30,380 bases of DNA from Chthonomonadales bacterium (GCA_049967475.1 JBMFSQ010000014.1:56358-86737); one strand, 5' to 3'. Shown: positions 1-9,614, counted from the stretch's first letter. Translations and numbers: made by a program. Notes: generated by a model not told the origin, from the letters alone.

Positions 1-97
1 CCTTCTTGACTACCTTCTTGACGGGGGCCTTCTTGGCTGCACCCTTCTTGACTACCTTCTTGACGGGGGCCTTCTTGGCTGCACCCTTCTTGACTAC
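1..97. repeat. Perfect 42-bp tandem repeat, at least 2.3 copies, encoding KKGAAKKAPVKKVV on the minus strand
   Basis: Positions 1-42 and 43-84 are identical (ccttcttgactaccttcttgacgggggccttcttggctgcac), and 85-97 is a partial third copy. Confidence 0.95.
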
Positions 98-208
98 TTT
101 CACCACCTTCTTGACCGGCTTCTTCTCCTTTTGCGGCCCTGCCACAGTGGTAGCAATAGCCCCGAATAGAAAGGCAACTGCCACCAAGGAGGCGATCAGT
201 CGTTTCAT
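1..208 (-). CDS. Secreted Lys/Ala/Val-rich repeat protein (histone H1-like composition), 3' end runs off the window
   Basis: Manual translation from ATG at 208 gives MKRLIASLVAVAFLFGAIATTVAGPQKEKKPVKKVVKVVKKGAAKKAPVKKVVKKGAAKKAPVKKVVKK. It has an AAAGGAG RBS and a classical signal peptide. It is absent from the ORF track because there is no stop in the window. Confidence 0.85.
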   Translation of the reverse strand, partial: MKRLIASLVAVAFLFGAIATTVAGPQKEKKPVKKVVKVVKKGAAKKAPVKKVVKKGAAKKAPVKKVVKK

Positions 209-261
209 GCGCGCCACTCCTTTCCTCACTGAATGTCGGGGGACCTACAACGCAGTTGTTC

Positions 262-289
262 GTTCGACAGCGTTGGGCCCAATCCCTGC
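262..289 (-). promoter_or_regulatory. Sigma-H-like promoter candidate for the Lys-rich protein gene
   Basis: Minus strand reads GCAGG-N19-GAAC, about 55 nt upstream of the ATG at 208. Confidence 0.45.
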
Positions 290-307
290 TTTGGATACGG
301 TTTTGTG

Positions 308-2464
308 CTAAGGACGGTGTTCCCGCGAAGCCAATGGAGGATGCCAGGCCATGCCGGCGTGCGCCATTGCAAACGCCCAGGTGTCTGCAGCCTCTTCCAT
401 CCACTTGGCCATCGGCTTTCCGCCGCCGTGTCCTGCTTCGGTCTCGATGCGGATCAGGATGGGTGCTGTGCCGGCCTGAGCTGCTTGGAGGGCGGCGGCA
501 AACTTGAAGGAGTGACCGGGGGCAACACGGTCGTCGTGATCGCCCGTGGTGATGAGAGTGGCAGGGTATCGAGTGCCCGAGCGGATGTTATGCAGCGGCG
601 AATAGGCCAATAACACCCGAAACATATGGGGGTCCTCGCTGGTGCCGTAGTCCGAAGCCCACATCCACCCGATGGTGAATCTATGGTACCTGAGCATGTC
701 CAGTACGCCTACCGCCGGTAGAGCGGCGGCGAACAGATCCGGCCGCTGGGTGAGAGCAGCCCCTACCAGCAGTCCTCCATTGGAACCTCCTGCGATTACA
801 AGCCGCTCCGGCCGCGTGTACCCCTTGCGTATGAGGTATTCTGCCGCAGCGATGAAATCGTCAAAAACATTCTGTTTGTGTTCCCGTGTCCCCGCACGGT
901 GCCACTCCTCGCCGAACTCCCCGCCGCCCCGCAAATTCGGAACGGCATACACACCGCCCTGTTCCATCCAAATGAGGGCTGGAATGGATAGACCGGGCGT
1001 GATCGGGATGTTGAAGCCGCCGTACCCGGTAAGGTAACACGGGTGGGATCCGTCCAGCCGCAACCCCTTCCGATGCGTCACAAACATCGGGATGCGCGTG
1101 CCGTCTTTGCTTCGATACCAAACTTGCCGCGTCTCGAATGGAGAAGCATCGAAACGCATCTCCGGCTTTCGATAGACCCTAGACCGCATCGTTGCGGTGT
1201 CGTAGCGATAGACCGTTGGAGGCATCAGGAAGGAGGTAAAAGTGTAGAAAAACTCCCCGTCGGACCGCTTGCCGGTAATCTCGGTGATCGTGCCGATGCC
1301 GGGCAGCCGCACGGAGCGGACAAGCCTCCCCTCCAGATCAAAGATCTGCAGCCGGCTGCACGCATTGTGAAGGGTCCGAACAACGGCGAAACTGCCCACG
1401 AGGTGCACTTCCTGAAGGGTGTCTTTTCCTTCCGGCAGAAGAGTGCGCCAATGCTCCGGCGCCGGCTGGTTGAGGTCTATAGCCACGAGCTTGCGGCGAG
1501 GCGCTTCGCGGTCTGTCACTACGTAGAATGTGGCGCCGTCATTCCCTACAACCCAGTAGGCTGCATCGAAACCATCCAGCAATTTCACCACCGGCGCCGC
1601 CAAGTCCGGACGGCGAGGGTCTCCCAAATCCTTCACATAGACGCGGGTCCGCGGATCGGTGCCTACGGTAAGGTAAAGGATCAGATAGCGGCCGTCTTCG
1701 GATACGGTGCCGCTGATGCCCCAGTCTGGGTGATCGGGGCGCTCATAGATGACGGCATCGCGCTCTTGAGGTTCGCCCAGGCGGTGGTAGTAAAGCCTTT
1801 GCTGAGTATTCACGGCTAAGAGCGGGTTTCCTCCTTCCGGCGCGGGATACCGCGAGTAAAAGAACCCTGCCCCATCGTGGGTCCACGACGCTCCCGTGAA
1901 CTTGGTCCATTCCAGGCGGTCTGAAAGATCCGCTCCAGTGTCCACATCACGCACATGGAACGTCTGCCAGTCCGATCCCTTTTGGCTCAGGGAGTAGGCC
2001 AAACGCGTTCCGTCGGGAGACACATCGGCTGCAGTCACGGCCACGGTGCCCGATGCCGAAAGGGTGTTAGGGTCCAGGAGAACGCGAGGCTCACCTGCGA
2101 GCCCTTGTTGCCAGTAAAGCACCGGCTGGTTTTGCAATCCATCGTTCTTGAAGAAGAAATAGCGGCCCGCCTCCCGGAACGGAGCTCGGTATCGCGGATA
2201 GTCGAACAACTCTTCCAGGCGTCGGCGAAAGGGTTCCCGCTGGGGGAGAGATCGCAGATACGGCAGCGTCACACGGTTCTGAGCCTCAATCCATTCCCGG
2301 GTTTCAGGAGATTGGGTGTCTTCGAGCCACCGGTAGGGGTCTGATATCTTGACGCCGTAGTAGTCGTCTACCTGTTCCACCCGGCGCGTCGGGGGAATGG
2401 GAAGGTTCACGTTTTGTGCGATTACTGCCACAGCGACGGCGCATATAAGAACTTCTGCAACCAT
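308..2464 (-). CDS. Prolyl oligopeptidase (peptidase S9A), probably exported
   Basis: DPYRWLED N-terminus, GYGGF, NLRGGGEFG, catalytic GGSNGG (Ser), DDRV (Asp) and GHGGG (His). GGAGGA RBS and a hydrophobic N-terminus. Confidence 0.96.
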   Translation of the reverse strand: MVAEVLICAVAVAVIAQNVNLPIPPTRRVEQVDDYYGVKISDPYRWLEDTQSPETREWIEAQNRVTLPYLRSLPQREPFRRRLEELFDYPRYRAPFREAGRYFFFKNDGLQNQPVLYWQQGLAGEPRVLLDPNTLSASGTVAVTAADVSPDGTRLAYSLSQKGSDWQTFHVRDVDTGADLSDRLEWTKFTGASWTHDGAGFFYSRYPAPEGGNPLLAVNTQQRLYYHRLGEPQERDAVIYERPDHPDWGISGTVSEDGRYLILYLTVGTDPRTRVYVKDLGDPRRPDLAAPVVKLLDGFDAAYWVVGNDGATFYVVTDREAPRRKLVAIDLNQPAPEHWRTLLPEGKDTLQEVHLVGSFAVVRTLHNACSRLQIFDLEGRLVRSVRLPGIGTITEITGKRSDGEFFYTFTSFLMPPTVYRYDTATMRSRVYRKPEMRFDASPFETRQVWYRSKDGTRIPMFVTHRKGLRLDGSHPCYLTGYGGFNIPITPGLSIPALIWMEQGGVYAVPNLRGGGEFGEEWHRAGTREHKQNVFDDFIAAAEYLIRKGYTRPERLVIAGGSNGGLLVGAALTQRPDLFAAALPAVGVLDMLRYHRFTIGWMWASDYGTSEDPHMFRVLLAYSPLHNIRSGTRYPATLITTGDHDDRVAPGHSFKFAAALQAAQAGTAPILIRIETEAGHGGGKPMAKWMEEAADTWAFAMAHAGMAWHPPLASREHRP

Positions 2465-2508
2465 GGCGTCCTCCGGAGAATTACCGCCTGGGGAAGGCGG
2501 CAGGTGCT

Positions 2509-2538
2509 ATTTCGCTGCTGCCCGCGCCGTTTCCCTCC
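2509..2538 (-). promoter_or_regulatory. Sigma-H-like promoter candidate for the prolyl oligopeptidase
   Basis: Minus strand reads GGAGGGAAACGGC-N10-GCGAAAT. The 12-mer GAGGGAAACGGC is shared with the site at 22883-22894. Confidence 0.45.
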
Positions 2539-2553
2539 TTCGGCGCAGGCCAG

Positions 2554-2581
2554 GCAGGAGATCGCAATCCTCGTGCAGAAT
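2554..2581 (+). promoter_or_regulatory. Sigma-H-like promoter candidate for the lipoprotein gene
   Basis: GCAGGA-N18-GAAT, a close match to the Bacillus sigma-H consensus (AGGA...GAAT). Confidence 0.5.
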
Positions 2582-2699
2582 GCGGGATAGCGAGGGGTCA
2601 CAATTCCCGCCGGTTGCCGTGTGGTGTTTTGCGGGACACAAGGTTCCTGCGGCAAAATACCGGGCACCTCAGTGGTTCGGGAGAGCATTGGAGGTTACC

Positions 2700-4073
2700 A
2701 TGGCGAAAACGCACCTGCTTCTGATGGTAGCTGCGGTCCTCCTCCTGCCGGGCTGCGGCAGCGGGGGAGCGCCCGGAGGAGATCTCGCCGGAGCGGTTAC
2801 CGACGTGGACGGAAACGCTGTCGCCGGCGCTACCGTTTACGTGGGGTCCAATCAGACACGCTCGCTTCAAAACGGATCGTTCATCCTTCGTGGTGTGGGT
2901 GGAGGGTACCAAACGGTTCACGCCACAGCAACGATTGGAGGACACACGTGGAGCGGGCAGACGGTGGTGGATGTAACCAGCGGCGACCTCACCCGCACGG
3001 TGACTGTGGTGATCTCGGATGAGCGCTTTCAAGGCTCCATCGCCGGAACGGTAATAGATCCCAATGGTTTTGCCATCGAAGGTGCTAAGGTCTTCGTGGG
3101 CCAGAACGCCGGATCAACGCTTGCTGTGACCGACCGGAACGGGAACTATCAGGTGGATCACCTTCCCTCCGGCGTTACCTACACGGTGACGGCCTCCGCC
3201 ATCAACTTCCTCAACGACACCAAGCAGGTGCACGTGGATGCCAACCTTACCTCCGCCGCATCCTTCGCACTCACAGCGGCCGGCTTTCAGGGCACGATCC
3301 CGCCTCCCACCTCTCTGGTGGCGCAATCCTGGACCCAGCCTTCATCCATCTCTCGGGCGGATGACTTAACGCGGAGCTTCTACGACGGGCTCCGGCGCTT
3401 CTATCGCCGAAAGAAGGGGCTTCCCGACGGACCCGTGGCCCGCTCTATCGAGCGCAAGAACACCTCCCGGTCTTGGCCTGCAAACGCCATGATCGAAGTG
3501 GATCTCTTCTGGAGTTACCAGAACTTCACGGATCTGCTGGGATACGCCATAGATCGGGGACGCAGTACCAGCACCTTGGCAGGTATTGCCCTCTTGCGCG
3601 ATCCCCTCGCAGCCGTCTTCTTCGATGCAGATCCTGCCCTCTCTCCCGACGTTACCTACTATTACGATGTTCGCCGTCTGGACACGGTAGGTTTCCCCAA
3701 CAACGGGGCGGAAGGAGCCGCCAGTCCCATCGCAAGCGCTACGCCGTTCCAGCCCATTCACGCGCAGTCGCCATCGGGGGGACAGACCATTGCCGGCAAT
3801 CCGCTCTTTGTGTGGACGAGTGTCCCCGGGGCTGCCCAGTATCAAGTGTTTCTGTTCGACCGCTTCCCCGATTTGCGCAGCTCTACAGATCCCAACGGCG
3901 TGGTGAGCATCTGGACTGGCGGCAGCTCCACAGTGAATGCTCCCGCCACCAGCACGGTTTATGACGGGCCCGCCCTGGTGAGCGGCCACACGTACTATTG
4001 GACCGTTGTGGCTTCGGATGCCGCCGGAGACACGTACTCCGCCAGTGAAATCGCACGCTTCACGGTGCGGTAA
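2700..4073 (+). CDS. Lipoprotein with two carboxypeptidase-regulatory-like (prealbumin-fold) domains and FN3/Ig-like C-terminal domains
   Basis: GGAGG RBS before ATG 2700 and lipobox LLPG-C. Repeated GxVxDxxGxxxxGAxV motifs, and FN3-type YYYDV and GHTYYWTVVA motifs. Confidence 0.8.
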   Translation: MAKTHLLLMVAAVLLLPGCGSGGAPGGDLAGAVTDVDGNAVAGATVYVGSNQTRSLQNGSFILRGVGGGYQTVHATATIGGHTWSGQTVVDVTSGDLTRTVTVVISDERFQGSIAGTVIDPNGFAIEGAKVFVGQNAGSTLAVTDRNGNYQVDHLPSGVTYTVTASAINFLNDTKQVHVDANLTSAASFALTAAGFQGTIPPPTSLVAQSWTQPSSISRADDLTRSFYDGLRRFYRRKKGLPDGPVARSIERKNTSRSWPANAMIEVDLFWSYQNFTDLLGYAIDRGRSTSTLAGIALLRDPLAAVFFDADPALSPDVTYYYDVRRLDTVGFPNNGAEGAASPIASATPFQPIHAQSPSGGQTIAGNPLFVWTSVPGAAQYQVFLFDRFPDLRSSTDPNGVVSIWTGGSSTVNAPATSTVYDGPALVSGHTYYWTVVASDAAGDTYSASEIARFTVR

Positions 4074-4138
4074 CCCGTTTGCGGCGGCACGCATCCGGGA
4101 CTTAGGGCGGGCGATGGACAAACGGTCCGGTCGCTGCG

Positions 4139-5137
4139 TTAGCCGTAATCCGGAGCAACGGTTTGCCCGCTCAAAGCGCTGCGTTCGGAAGCCTCGAGGA
4201 TCGCGATGACGCGGCGAGCCTCCTCAGGTTTGACTGCGAGTTCCTCTCCTTGTGTGAGATGCGCGACGATGTTGCGGTAGTAGGCTCCCCAGTCGCTCTT
4301 ATGGTAGGGAACTTGGAGCCTGGCTGAGTATCCCTCCACGGAGGTGTAAATCGTGAAGGGCTCCTTGCCTTCGTCTACGATGGCCCCACGGGTACCCAGG
4401 ATGCGCCATCGCGGTTTGGGTGCAAAACTGATGGTTCCGATTTCGAGCTGCGCAGCGCACCCGTCCGAGAAGCGCCACGTGGCCAAAGCGTAATCCTCAT
4501 TCGTTACGTCATTCCAAACGCGCTTCTGGAAGATGCCGCTCACCCCGGTGACACTGGCTGGAGTAAGGTTAAGGATCCAATCAATAAAGTGTGCGCCCCA
4601 ATCGAACATCACGCCGCCGGACACATCCTTCTGCGCCCTCCACCAGGTTCCCGGATGCCCATATCCTCCGGCGTAGGCTTCAATCTGGAAGAGTTCGCCC
4701 AGGACACCCTTTTGCACGGCCTCGCGGATGGCGCAGTAATCCCCATCCCACCGGCGATTGTGGAAGACGGAGAGCATCACGCCGGCCTTCTTTGCCGCCG
4801 CGATCATGGCATCTGCCTCCGCTACTGTAAGGCACATGGGCTTCTCTACAATGACGTGCTTTCCGGCTTCGGCGCACTGTATGGCGATGCGCGCATGCAG
4901 ATTGTGCGGAAGGATCACCACGCATAAGTCCACTGCCTTGTCGGCCAGCAAACTCTCCACAGAAGCGTACGTTTTGATGCCGGGAAACTCCGATCGTGCC
5001 ACTTCCAGGCGCTTCACGTCCGTGTCACACGCGGCATAAGGTTCCACGCCTGCGGACCGCATCCACCCCAGGTGCGCTCTGCCCATATTGAACGCACCGC
5101 CGTATCCAATCACCGCACCCTTGAGGCCTCGCGTCAT
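4139..5137 (-). CDS. Gfo/Idh/MocA family NAD(P)-dependent oxidoreductase (cytoplasmic)
   Basis: AVIGYGG Rossmann motif, GKHVIVEKP, FHNRRWD and GGVMFDWGAHFID. GGAGG RBS supports the start at 5137 rather than 5377. Confidence 0.92.
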   Translation of the reverse strand: MTRGLKGAVIGYGGAFNMGRAHLGWMRSAGVEPYAACDTDVKRLEVARSEFPGIKTYASVESLLADKAVDLCVVILPHNLHARIAIQCAEAGKHVIVEKPMCLTVAEADAMIAAAKKAGVMLSVFHNRRWDGDYCAIREAVQKGVLGELFQIEAYAGGYGHPGTWWRAQKDVSGGVMFDWGAHFIDWILNLTPASVTGVSGIFQKRVWNDVTNEDYALATWRFSDGCAAQLEIGTISFAPKPRWRILGTRGAIVDEGKEPFTIYTSVEGYSARLQVPYHKSDWGAYYRNIVAHLTQGEELAVKPEEARRVIAILEASERSALSGQTVAPDYG

Positions 5138-5398
5138 CTTGAAATCCTCCCTTCCCCGCGCCCCATCCTCCGTTAGGGGCCTACGCTGGGCCCTTGCCGT
5201 GAGAGCGGGCACCAGCTCCAAAGTGCGTCTTTGTACCCCTGAATTCCTCTTTACGGGCGCGGCGTTGAGAAGAATACCGGTTCCTACGGTGAGCGAAGGG
5301 GTTTGCTGAAACCGGCTCAAATTCATGCTGCGCCTGCCGGGCAAGCGGGTATCATAGGAGATGTGCGAAGCATCCATTCCAGATTACAGGAGGTTGCC

Positions 5399-6367
5399 AT
5401 GCAGTACACCAATCTGGGACGAACTGCGCTCAAGGTAAGCCGCCTTTGCTTGGGTACCATGAACTTCGGTCCGCTCACTACGGAGGAGGAGAGCCATGCG
5501 ATTATGGATCGGGCCCTCGAGCATGGCATCAACTTCTTCGACACGGCCAACGTATACGGCTGGAAGAAAGGTGAGGGTGTAACCGAGCAGATCATCGGCC
5601 GTTGGTTCGCCAAGGGCGGGGGCCGCAGAGAGAAGGTGGTCCTTGCCACCAAAGTGTACGGTGATATGGGCGACTGGCCTAATGAGGCGCGCCTTTCCGC
5701 GTTGCACATCCGGCGTGCTTGTGAGGCAAGCCTCCGCCGCCTCCAAACGGATTACATTGACCTCTACCAGATGCACCACATCCACCGGGAGGCACCCTGG
5801 GAGGAAGTCTGGCAGGCGATGGAGCTCCTCGTGCAGCAGGGGAAGGTTCTCTACGTGGGCTCCTCCAACTTTGCCGGCTGGCATATCGCCAAAGCGAATG
5901 AGGCCGCGAAGGATCGCCACTTTATGGGGCTGGTGTCCGAACAGTGCCTCTATAACCTCAACGCGCGGGCTGTGGAGATGGAGGTGCTGCCGGCCTGCGA
6001 GGATTACGGCTTGGGCGTAATTCCGTGGAGCCCCCTGGCAGGAGGGCTGCTGGGCGGGGTACTGCAGAAGATCGAAGAGGGAAGGCGCGCATCCGAAGGT
6101 GTGCAAAAGGCCCTAGAGCAAAACCGCAGCAAGATAGAGCGGTGGGAAGCTCTCTGCCGCGATCTGGGTGAGGAACCTGCCAATGTCGCCTTGGCTTGGC
6201 TCCTGACGCGCAAGCCCGTGACGGCTCCCATCATCGGACCTCGCACCGTCGGCCAACTGGACGGTACGCTCCGCGCACTGGAGATCCAGCTCTCCCCAGA
6301 GACGTTGGCTACGCTCGACCAGATCTTTCCGGGGCATAAGCCTGCGCCGGAGGATTTTGCCTGGTAA
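5399..6367 (+). CDS. Aldo/keto reductase
   Basis: LCLGTMNFG, FFDTANVY, LATK, LQTDYIDLYQMH, WSPLAGGLL and PIIGPRT. AGGAGG RBS before ATG 5399. Confidence 0.95.
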   Translation: MQYTNLGRTALKVSRLCLGTMNFGPLTTEEESHAIMDRALEHGINFFDTANVYGWKKGEGVTEQIIGRWFAKGGGRREKVVLATKVYGDMGDWPNEARLSALHIRRACEASLRRLQTDYIDLYQMHHIHREAPWEEVWQAMELLVQQGKVLYVGSSNFAGWHIAKANEAAKDRHFMGLVSEQCLYNLNARAVEMEVLPACEDYGLGVIPWSPLAGGLLGGVLQKIEEGRRASEGVQKALEQNRSKIERWEALCRDLGEEPANVALAWLLTRKPVTAPIIGPRTVGQLDGTLRALEIQLSPETLATLDQIFPGHKPAPEDFAW

Positions 6368-6391
6368 CGCAGGCTTGGCAGTCACGAAACG

Positions 6392-6428
6392 CCCGGGGGG
6401 ATGCCGATGCGCCCCCCGGGTTTTATTT
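6392..6428 (+). terminator. Intrinsic terminator after the aldo/keto reductase
   Basis: Stem CCCGGGGGG (6392-6400) / CCCCCCGGG (6412-6420) followed by TTTTATTT. Confidence 0.8.
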
Positions 6429-7779
6429 AGGGGCAGCGCGTTCCCCGTAGAGCGCAGGCGGAGGCGGGATGCCAACGCGGCGGCACAACGCAAGGAGCGC
6501 TTTCCGCGCGTCGTCCGAGTGCGGAGCGAGCATCACTGCAGCCTGGGCTTCAATGAGGGCGTCACGATAGCGGCCGTCCTGCTCCAGTCGGCGTGCAAGA
6601 GCCATCCGAATTGCGGGATTGCCCGGCTGGTGGTCTCGCCGAGTGGTGAGGGCTGCACGGGCGTTGCGCGCCGAGATGAGGCGGGCGGCAAGGGCGCGCT
6701 CAGCATTCGCTACCTGGGTATTGCCCAATTGCGCATATCCCTGAGCCAGGGCCATCCGCACCGAACCATCGTCCGGCCGCTCTCGAGCCAGCAGCGTGTA
6801 CACGTAGAGGGCCGGCCGCAGGCGGCGCTGCTCGAGATACATCCGCCCCAAATGTTCCAAGGCGCGCTGGTCATGGGGATCCAGTTCGAGCGCGGAAAGA
6901 TAGTGGTGTTCTGCTGATCTGCGATCGCGCCGGCGCCCGGGATCATCCAACGCGTCCGCCAGGAGGGTATGAGCGCGGGACAAGTTCGGGTTCTGCGAAA
7001 GGAGCTGCTCCAAAAGATGCTGCGCCTCCGTAGCACGGTGCATCTGCAGCAGGAGTGTGCACAGCGAAAGGAGTACCCCCGGCTCCTTCGGTGCTGCCCT
7101 TCGAGCCTGCTCAGCCTCGGAGAGGGCATCCTGGTAATCGAACAGCGTGTCGAACTCCTCCGACAGACCAAGGTGGCCGCCCACGTTCTGAGGATCCAGC
7201 GCAGCCGCTCCGCGCTTTAGAACGACCAGGGAGGGCCCTTCGCGCCCGAAGGCCGCCGCATAAAGAGCTCGGCTCTCCCCGATATATCCCATCGCCTCGC
7301 CAGGCGCCAGCGCCTGAAGCCGTCGGTATGTCTGAAGCGCTTCCGTATGAAGACCCAAGAGGATCTCTATGGAGCCGAGATCGCCATAGGCCCGAAGGTC
7401 TGCCGCCGGGCTCTTTCCCAGTGCGCTTCGCAACGCCTGCCGGGCGGAGATGAGATCCCCGGCGCCTTCAGCCTCTCTGCCGTAACTGATGAGGCTCAAC
7501 GCATCGGGATGCGCCCCCAACTGCCGGCGTTTTTCCGTGGCCGCCAACCAGGAAGCCCGCACGGAGGCCCGGTCATCACGGGGCATCGCGGGAATAGGCG
7601 GCAGGATCGCGTTGGGCGCCATCGTGAGGAGTTTGGGGGGACTGCCATGCACGCAGCCCCTGCCGCACGCGGACGGCCAGCAGGGCGGTACTGCCCGCCA
7701 CGAGCGCCGCAGCGGCCCATACCGGAATTTGGCGCAAACGCGGAACCCGCCCCAAAGGACGTGGCGATCGGTTCATCAT
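6423..7779 (-). CDS. Tetratricopeptide-repeat protein, probably membrane-anchored, with an apparent 1-nt frameshift near 7635-7640
   Basis: ORF 6423-7652 has multiple TPR-like units (e.g. ALELDPHDQRALEHLGRMYL). The overlapping ORF 7576-7779 supplies a basic N-terminus and hydrophobic anchor. Removing one C from the C6 run fuses the two frames. Confidence 0.65.
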
Positions 7780-8104
7780 GCGCCTTTATTTGCATGCCGT
7801 ACTTCGTTTTCCTGCCGAAGCAACCTTCGCAATACTGAGTGCCTTGCTGGGCCCGTCGCCTCGGCCCCGGCCTCGCTGCGCTCGTGGCCGGAACGTGTCG
7901 CCGCCACGGGGGCGCATCTCCTTGGGCTGCAGCTGAAGTCTAGGCAGCGCGGGCGGCAAGGCAATCGAGGGTCTGGGTGCCATCGCAGACGATTGCATAC
8001 ACCTCCAATACCTGGAGTGAGGGCAGCTCCTCGCTTTCCGTTATCTTGCGTCTTGTTGTCCGAACTTAGCAGCGTAGGCGGTGCGATCACGGGTCTCCTT
8101 GGGG

Positions 8105-8110
8105 TATAAT
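8105..8110 (+). promoter_or_regulatory. Sigma70-type -10 element upstream of rimO
   Basis: Perfect TATAAT about 68 nt upstream of ATG 8178. No convincing -35 element. Confidence 0.45.
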
Positions 8111-8177
8111 TGCAGAACGCGCTCTGGAAGGGGCGCGCGCTTTCTGTTTGCATCATCCCATCTGCGATCGGCCCGGC

Positions 8178-9614
8178 ATGACGTCCGCATCAAAAATCGA
8201 AATGATCACTTTAGGCTGCGCCAAGAACCGTGTGGACGCGGAGGAAGTTCTTGGCGCACTGGAAGAGCGCGGTTGCCGCATCGCAGGGGCCGCTAAGTCG
8301 GACGTAGTAGTAATCAATACGTGCGGCTTCATCGAGGCTGCCAAGCAGGAGTCTGTAGACGTTATCCTCGAGGTCCTCGAGCGCAAAAAGCAAGGCCGCG
8401 TGGGCAAGGTCGTAGTCGCTGGATGTTTGGCCCAGCGGTACGCTCAAGAACTCGCCCGGGAACTGCCGGCTGTGGATGCCTTCATTGGTACCGGCGGCCC
8501 CCAGGCTGTTGCCGACGCTGTGGCCGATGTTTTGGAAGGCAGGGACCGCCTCATCCGCGTTCTTCCGCAACCGGTGCACACATGGTCCTCATCGCTCAGG
8601 CGGGTGCTCACGACAACTCCGTGGACCGCGTATCTCAAAATCAGTGAGGGATGTAACCATCCATGCACCTTCTGCGCCATCCCGGCCATCAGGGGGCCCC
8701 ATGTTAGCAAACCGCTGGAGAGGGTTGTAGCGGAGGCCGAGTACCTTGCTCGGCGCGGCGTGAAGGAGTTGGTGCTGGTGGGCCAGGACACCACCCAGTA
8801 CGGGTATGACCTCGCGGGGCGCACGCTCCTCCCCGACCTCCTAAAGGCGCTCGCCCAGGTGGACGGTGTGGAGTGGATCCGGCTGCTGTACTGCTATCCC
8901 AGCCGGATGCAGCAGCCGCTCATCGAGGCTCTTGCATCAACTCCCAAGGTGTGCGCCTACGTGGATATGCCCCTTCAGCATGCTGCAGAAGATATCCTGC
9001 GGGCTATGCGTCGGCCCATGAACTCCCAGGCATACCTGCGCATCATAAACGATCTTCGTCAGTGCCTTCCCGATGTGGCCCTCAGGTCCACCTTCATCGT
9101 GGGCTTTCCTGGGGAGACGCCTCAGCACTTTCGTGAACTGGAGAGCTTTCTGCAGGCAGCCCGGTTCGACCATGTGGGCGTATTCGAGTACTCCCGGGAA
9201 GAGGGTACTCCTGCCGCAAGCTTTACCGGTGGGGTGGCTGTTCGCATCAAGCGCGCTCGCAAGGATCGCCTCATGAGGCTCCAGCAGCATGTATCCCTTC
9301 AGCAGAACCAGCGGTGGATCGGCAGGCGTTTGCGCGTTCTGGTTGAACAGGTTGTTGAGGGGTCTCAGGGCCGCATCGCCGTGGGGCGGTCATTCCGTGA
9401 TGCTCCGGAAGTGGATGGCCGCGTGCTGATCCGGAACAGCCGCGCCAAACCGGGCGAATTCGTGTGGGCCCACATCACAGGCGCCCAACCGTACGATTTA
9501 ACAGCACAAGAGGTGGCGAGTGCCGGCACCCCGGCTGACGGTAGGGTGGAAACAACTCCGTTGCCGGCTCATGCCCCTGGGGAGGATTACCGTGTCCATT
9601 GCAACCAAACCTGA
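8178..9614 (+). CDS. rimO: Ribosomal protein S12 methylthiotransferase RimO
   Basis: ITLGCAKNRVDAE, INTCGFIEAAKQES, radical-SAM motif AYLKISEGCNHPCTFCAIP and C-terminal TRAM region with DAPEVDG. The start codon is approximate. Confidence 0.95.
   Translation: MTSASKIEMITLGCAKNRVDAEEVLGALEERGCRIAGAAKSDVVVINTCGFIEAAKQESVDVILEVLERKKQGRVGKVVVAGCLAQRYAQELARELPAVDAFIGTGGPQAVADAVADVLEGRDRLIRVLPQPVHTWSSSLRRVLTTTPWTAYLKISEGCNHPCTFCAIPAIRGPHVSKPLERVVAEAEYLARRGVKELVLVGQDTTQYGYDLAGRTLLPDLLKALAQVDGVEWIRLLYCYPSRMQQPLIEALASTPKVCAYVDMPLQHAAEDILRAMRRPMNSQAYLRIINDLRQCLPDVALRSTFIVGFPGETPQHFRELESFLQAARFDHVGVFEYSREEGTPAASFTGGVAVRIKRARKDRLMRLQQHVSLQQNQRWIGRRLRVLVEQVVEGSQGRIAVGRSFRDAPEVDGRVLIRNSRAKPGEFVWAHITGAQPYDLTAQEVASAGTPADGRVETTPLPAHAPGEDYRVHCNQT

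Noticed and set aside
1..97. Direct repeats as a possible CRISPR array
   Set aside because: The units are contiguous with no spacers, are a multiple of 3 in length and lie inside a coding frame.
6..311. Plus-strand 101-aa ORF (TTFLTGAFLAAPF repeats)
   Set aside because: It is the antisense shadow of the Lys-rich gene, which has the RBS and signal peptide.
2397..2699. N-terminal extensions in the ORF track (also 5138-5377, 5303-5398, 15644-15850, 22803-23291 and 23609-23695)
   Set aside because: Downstream starts have clear RBSs and family-typical N-termini, and the extensions overlap other genes or promoters.
7786..7998. 70-aa minus-strand ORF preceded by GGAGG
   Set aside because: The SD-to-ATG spacing is only 3 nt and the product is low-complexity Arg/Pro/Gly with no motif. 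It cannot be supported, though it is not excluded.
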